64,000 nucleotides of DNA, taken from NCBI GenBank assembly GCA_030141605.1, contig JAQGDQ010000343.1:1-64000 (forward strand), written 5' to 3'. The notes under the pieces are model-generated. The model did no database searches and was not told the origin of the DNA. It saw only the letters and a list, made by a program, of their open reading frames with translations. The stretch comes from Tubiluchus corallicola (Eukaryota; Animalia; Priapulida). Shown in pieces: positions 59,186 to 64,000 of the stretch. Each line of letters starts with the position of its first letter. The first letter of the stretch is position 1. Both the position numbers and the translations under genes were made by a program.

Positions 59186-59783
59186 ACATACCATGCCATG
59201 CAGCACCATATCAGATCGTACCTTACCATGCCACAACAAATTACATAATACAATGCCACACAACACACTATCATACCAAACTACAGCACACCAGACAACC
59301 CCACACCACACCACAGTACACTCAGCTATGCCTTAATTAAACTTTAGAAAATATAACATCATACCACACCCAAACACACCACAACACAACCAGCGAAACG
59401 CCGAATCAAACCAGCCAAAACCAATCAAAACCAAAACTAATAAAACTTTATGAAAGAATTAACTAATAAAATTTATAAATTGATAGTAACTATTCAGTAA
59501 TTACGCGAAGGACTGCAAAATCTGTCATAGAATACGTACAAACAAAGACCAAACATTTCTTTCTAACTTAAAACAATTTTCAAAAATTATTCTTTTCGTA
59601 AGATTAACCGCAAGACAGGGAAGTCGAGAGATATCATAAAAATACAGAAAACTCCTCAGTTAGACGCAAACCAAAAATCAAATTGTTATACATCTACAAT
59701 TGTTATACATTAAATACAATACAATCTACTTTAGTAGGATCATCTGTTACGACACTTTCTAGAAAGAAATTTATCTTACAATG

Positions 59784-60125
59784 TGTTGTGTTTTGTTTCT
59801 CTCGTAGAGAAAACCAGAAAACACGTCGTCAAATTAAACTACTATACGAGAATTCTACAACACAAAAGTATGAAGGAACGCGAAATGTTTACAGTAAATG
59901 TGATAATCTGGAAACGTGAAAGCGTATCTGAGAATCTGAGAATACGAGGATACAAGAGAATATGAGGGAATGAACTCCAGCGGCCAGCTCCGCCTTATTT
60001 ATCAGTGCCAGGGAACAATCTAGAAATAGAAAGTTCTAGAAACTTCTACAAGGTAAGAAGATTGTTCTACTATACTATAGAACGATTTACAGTATTCTAC
60101 TTAATTCTAATGGATCTCCACAACA
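59784..60125 (-). mobile_element. Solo LTR (342 bp) with 5-bp TSD
   Basis: TGTTGTG...CACAACA termini flanked by CAATG on both sides; minus-strand gataaataag TATA-like box. A 5-bp TSD fits BEL/Pao or Copia. Confidence 0.8.
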
Positions 60126-60373
60126 CAATGTGTGTTTGAAATCAGATCAATGTTAATTCAACAGTAAGATAAAGGCACCTGAAGTTTCTGAAGCAGCAGA
60201 ATTTTCATTGTTGAGACTGAAAATCTTGTAATTCTGCAATTCTAGAAACTCGTTACAAAGTTGAAGTACTACAAAACTCTACTATTATCTGCAGTTTTAG
60301 ATGTGCTATTTTTTTTGCCTCTCTGTTGTTTGCAGTATCGATATCATAATCACATAAAAACTAAAACTTGTAT

Positions 60374-63300
60374 TTAAAACTCGGGACAACTGAGTAAGTA
60401 TTTTAGTTCTTGTGTTGTCAACCCTCCGTGGAAGGACCCCTTATAAATTTCACACCATGAAAATACATTTCCGCCGCTTGCATAACAGTTATCATACAAC
60501 TGACTTATCTGAGCGGATGTAAGTTCATAGTCGTAGAAGTTTACTCCAGATATTTTCCCAACAAATGATTCATCAGCGTCGAATTCTCCAACTGGATATT
60601 TATCTGGTTCTTGTCCTATCACCAGCGTGCCGCTGCGATCAGCTACTTCGTTAGCTGTATCATCATTTGAGCCTGAATATTCCAATGATCCGTTTAGGTA
60701 AAGCTTGTGACCTCCAGATCCTGTTTTCCATGTCATAACGAAATGGTGCCAACTGTGATCATGTAATACTTCCAAGGAATCAGAGTAAATGTAATCGTAG
60801 TCCCTGAAAAATACATACATTTGTAGTCATGGGTTGCAGATTTTATTTTTCCTTCGTTATTGCTAAAAGAAAAACAGTCCAACGTTTTTATAGCCATAAC
60901 TAAAAACGTACTTTCAACAGTGTATTCAACTTTATTTCAGCAAATTAGGTCTACGTGATGTTTAAGCCAGTTTTTCATCCATGTCTTGTTATCACTTGAT
61001 GTTCTCTCCAAAAAACAAGAGTCATGCAAATGTAAAGCAAAGTTCGGTTCGAAAAATTGGATTTTTTGTTCGAGAATATTTCCGTAAGTTTCACACGATC
61101 AATTGCGAATTAGTAGAGCCTTAGATTTTCGAAAACGGTGTCACTCCCACCATCTTGAATATAATATGGTGATTGATAATCCGACTCAATCCATCAATGC
61201 GGATTTCGTTCTTAGTTCTGACCAGACCACGTAATCAGACCACGTGACCAGACCACGTGACCAGACCACAATCATTGGCAAACAATGCTCAGGTTGCTGC
61301 CATCGATTGAGTCGATACAGTGTGCCAGGAGTAGAACACGAGCACCTTACTGAAACAAAACTTCATATGAGCGTATCTGCCATTTTGAATTTAAGATGGC
61401 GGCAAAAACATTTTAGAAAAAAGACGAAGGTTCCGCCTGTTTACAAGGAGTGTCCCAGAGTGATTTAAGCATCAACTGACAGACTCAGATTTTCCATTTT
61501 GCATTTTGAATTTAAGGTGGCAGTGGCAAAATATAATTTTCAATAAACCTAAGGTTCTGACAGTTCGCAAGGAGTATATTAGAACGAATTCTACTTTGAC
61601 GGCAGGATTCTCAATTTGTTATTCTAAATTCAAGATCGTGGCCATTTTCAGAAAAAGGCAAAGGCTCTGCCAATTCACAATGGATCATCATCAAGGTGCA
61701 AAGGAGCGTACTGGAACGAATTCCGCATGGATTAGCATAATCAGTTTTTCGATCCGCCATTTACAAATCAAGATGGTGGGGTGATAACATAATTTTCAAA
61801 AAAGCCTAAAGCTCTGCTGGTTCGATTTGGATCATCATGAAACTTTACAGGATTTTCCAGAAATGGGGAATGAAACATCTGACTCGGTCATTTGATGCTC
61901 AGTTTGTTCTATGATATACTCCTTGTGAATAGGCACAGTCTTTTTAGACTTTTTCTAAAATATTTTTGCCGCCATCTGGAATTCAAAATGGCAGACTAAA
62001 AATCCGGCAGTAGATGAGGATCTTACTCTAGTATACTCATACGAAACTTTGCCACGATTCGCTGTAAATTCACGGAGCCTTAGGGCTTGTTCAAAACGTC
62101 CTTCTCCAACAACAACTATAGCAACATCCAAAGGAGTAGCGATTTGGTTCGATTTGTCACGTGGCACTCTCACAAAAACAACAAAAAAGCGAGTGACATA
62201 TGCAAGTACTAAGCATAAAGTTTAGAGGCTAGAGGGCGGAGGAGGTCAAGTGACCCAACGGCCATGTGTAGAGGAGCAAACCTTCCAAATTAGGAGTGGC
62301 GGACCAGGGCAGCATGCTCACTGACTCCGGCAGCTCCTGCAGCCAACCTGGTGCCAAATGTATCGCTCCGCTTTCCTCTGGACGACACCAGGAAGGAAGA
62401 GAGGGGGTTCCTGTTGTCTGGGCAACTCAGGATCTCCATACACCTTGCCCAGGCGTGTGCCCTGGAGACGTTCAAGGATCGCACTGCTCAGCCACAGTCG
62501 ACGCTGCAGCTCCATCAATGTGATCAATATCTGACTCTCTTGGCGCACACTCCATTGTCTTCCGAGACAGAAGGATGCCAACAACAACAAAACATAAAGT
62601 CAGTTACTTCGTACAGTACTCAATTCTGGCCAGTTGCCCGTGAGCAGTGTTGCAACTTGAGGGAACTTGTACCTTCCCATTCCTGGATATCAGTCTCAGT
62701 CAATCTGAGCTTGTGTCTATGACTGTTTCCTAAAGGTTGAGGCGAATTGCATTGTCGACGTAAGCTTGGCTAAATTTGATTTAAAACTAGTAGAACCGCT
62801 TTTCTGAATCCCAGCAAAATCTTGAACAATATTCAACACGCCTACAATTTTGAATTGCATGGCTTTCTCATAGGACTGGAAAATAGTTTAAAACTGTGAA
62901 CAGAAAATTGTTGAACAAATTTTCTGCATTATAAATATTTTGTCAACGTACTCTTATCAATTCTGTGTAAAGTTCTTTCACTGATTTTGCAAAGTAAGTT
63001 CTCAGTATAATTTTGTTACAGTAAGACTGAGGAACTTGTTTCAATCAGAATTATCAAAAACAAACACAAATAGAAGTTGTGACAATGCCATGATAGTAAT
63101 AACAATGCACATATTCTACTGGGAATAACAATGCATAGTAATAACAATGCACAAATTATACTGGGCAACTCACGTACCCATTAACGTAAAACTTTATCTT
63201 GTCTGTAATGTCTGGATAGACATAAATTGTGATCCCGTTTGTTGTAGTTGGTGTGGCATAAGAAAATATGCAGTTCTTTTCGTTGTATGAATGGTCTATC

Positions 63301-63412
63301 TTCAGCCAAACAGAAACTGTGAACTCTGCTATGGGAGCACGAGATGAAACGTCTTTTGCAAAATATACGGTGCTGCTACTTTTCTTAAAGAACAGCTCAG
63401 TCATGCAACTGT
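60374..63412 (-). CDS. Pentraxin (LamG-like) domain protein, last two exons (5' part not identified)
   Basis: Exons 63412-63178 and 60803-60374 join at phase 2 (aat gg|g gac). FTVSVWLK..IFSYAT..WHHFVMTW..LYLNG..LVIGQEPD..ESFVGKISGVNFYDYEL..GNVFSW. Confidence 0.88.
62225..62590 (+). mobile_element. Retroposon 3' fragment with (CAA)n tail, in the pentraxin intron
   Basis: Reverse-complement copy of 43893-44262. Confidence 0.7.
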
Positions 63413-64000
63413 CTGAAAAAAACAAGAAGTTTTGTTATAAACATGACAAACCAAATTACAATTACCTATAATAACGCAAATCTATTTCTTAATTCGAAGA
63501 ATGGGTGCAATTGATTAGAAACCCTATAATTAAAAATCGAGCCCCATGTTTCAAAACAGTATTGTGATCCATCATCAAATTTTGCTTGATAATCACAGTG
63601 GTTGTTTGAAACATTGTATTTTCTCTTTTTCTTAGTAGTGAAATTTTCCATTCATTATAATTATCCAAATTCACAGAGTTGAGTTACAGAAGCAGTGTAA
63701 TGCATACATTTACATGGGGCACATGTACACACAGAGAGACTGCTTCCCACATATCGTTCAATACTTCGAAAGTGTGTGGCTCAAGGGATGTTTTTGCCTA
63801 ACATTTGAATGCAGTTTGCAAAACATGGTGCGAATTGTTTGCCTAAAAGCAAATCACAGAAAGTGTATTGCAATATGGCGCCCATCGTTTGTATCAGAAT
63901 TCGCGTGAGTCTAGGAATCTCTCTGTGTGCAGGAACGACTTTTAAATCTATGGCATAAAGTTTCTTTTTCAAAACGAAAACAATATCTGTTCTAGTGTGA

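Overview
AT-rich, intron-containing animal (invertebrate-type) genomic DNA; no prokaryotic operons or CRISPR array. It holds seven protein-coding genes: (1) a 5'-truncated 8+ exon tectonin/beta-propeller lectin-like gene ending in a PAN/Apple domain (+, 1448-13048); (2) a 6-exon secreted, probably GPI-anchored serine beta-lactamase/PBP-family hydrolase (+, 22644-32533); (3-5) three single-exon heparan sulfate 3-O-sulfotransferase-like paralogs (-); (6) an intronless DEG/ENaC channel lying among them (-); (7) the last two exons of a pentraxin-domain gene (-). Introns and intergenic DNA are dense with transposon relics (hAT, piggyBac-like, pogo/Tc1-like and Harbinger-like MITEs, a solo LTR with 5-bp TSD, a Gypsy PBS, LINE 3' ends) and mini/microsatellites. 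The most notable non-coding signals are two independent inverted pairs of Penelope-type minimal hammerhead ribozyme motifs with a U3-A8 core, tandem arrays built from TIR-like units, a four-fold reiterated retroposon 3' end, and a nested palindrome just 3' of the beta-lactamase-like gene. All exon calls and alignments were made by eye; no database search was run.
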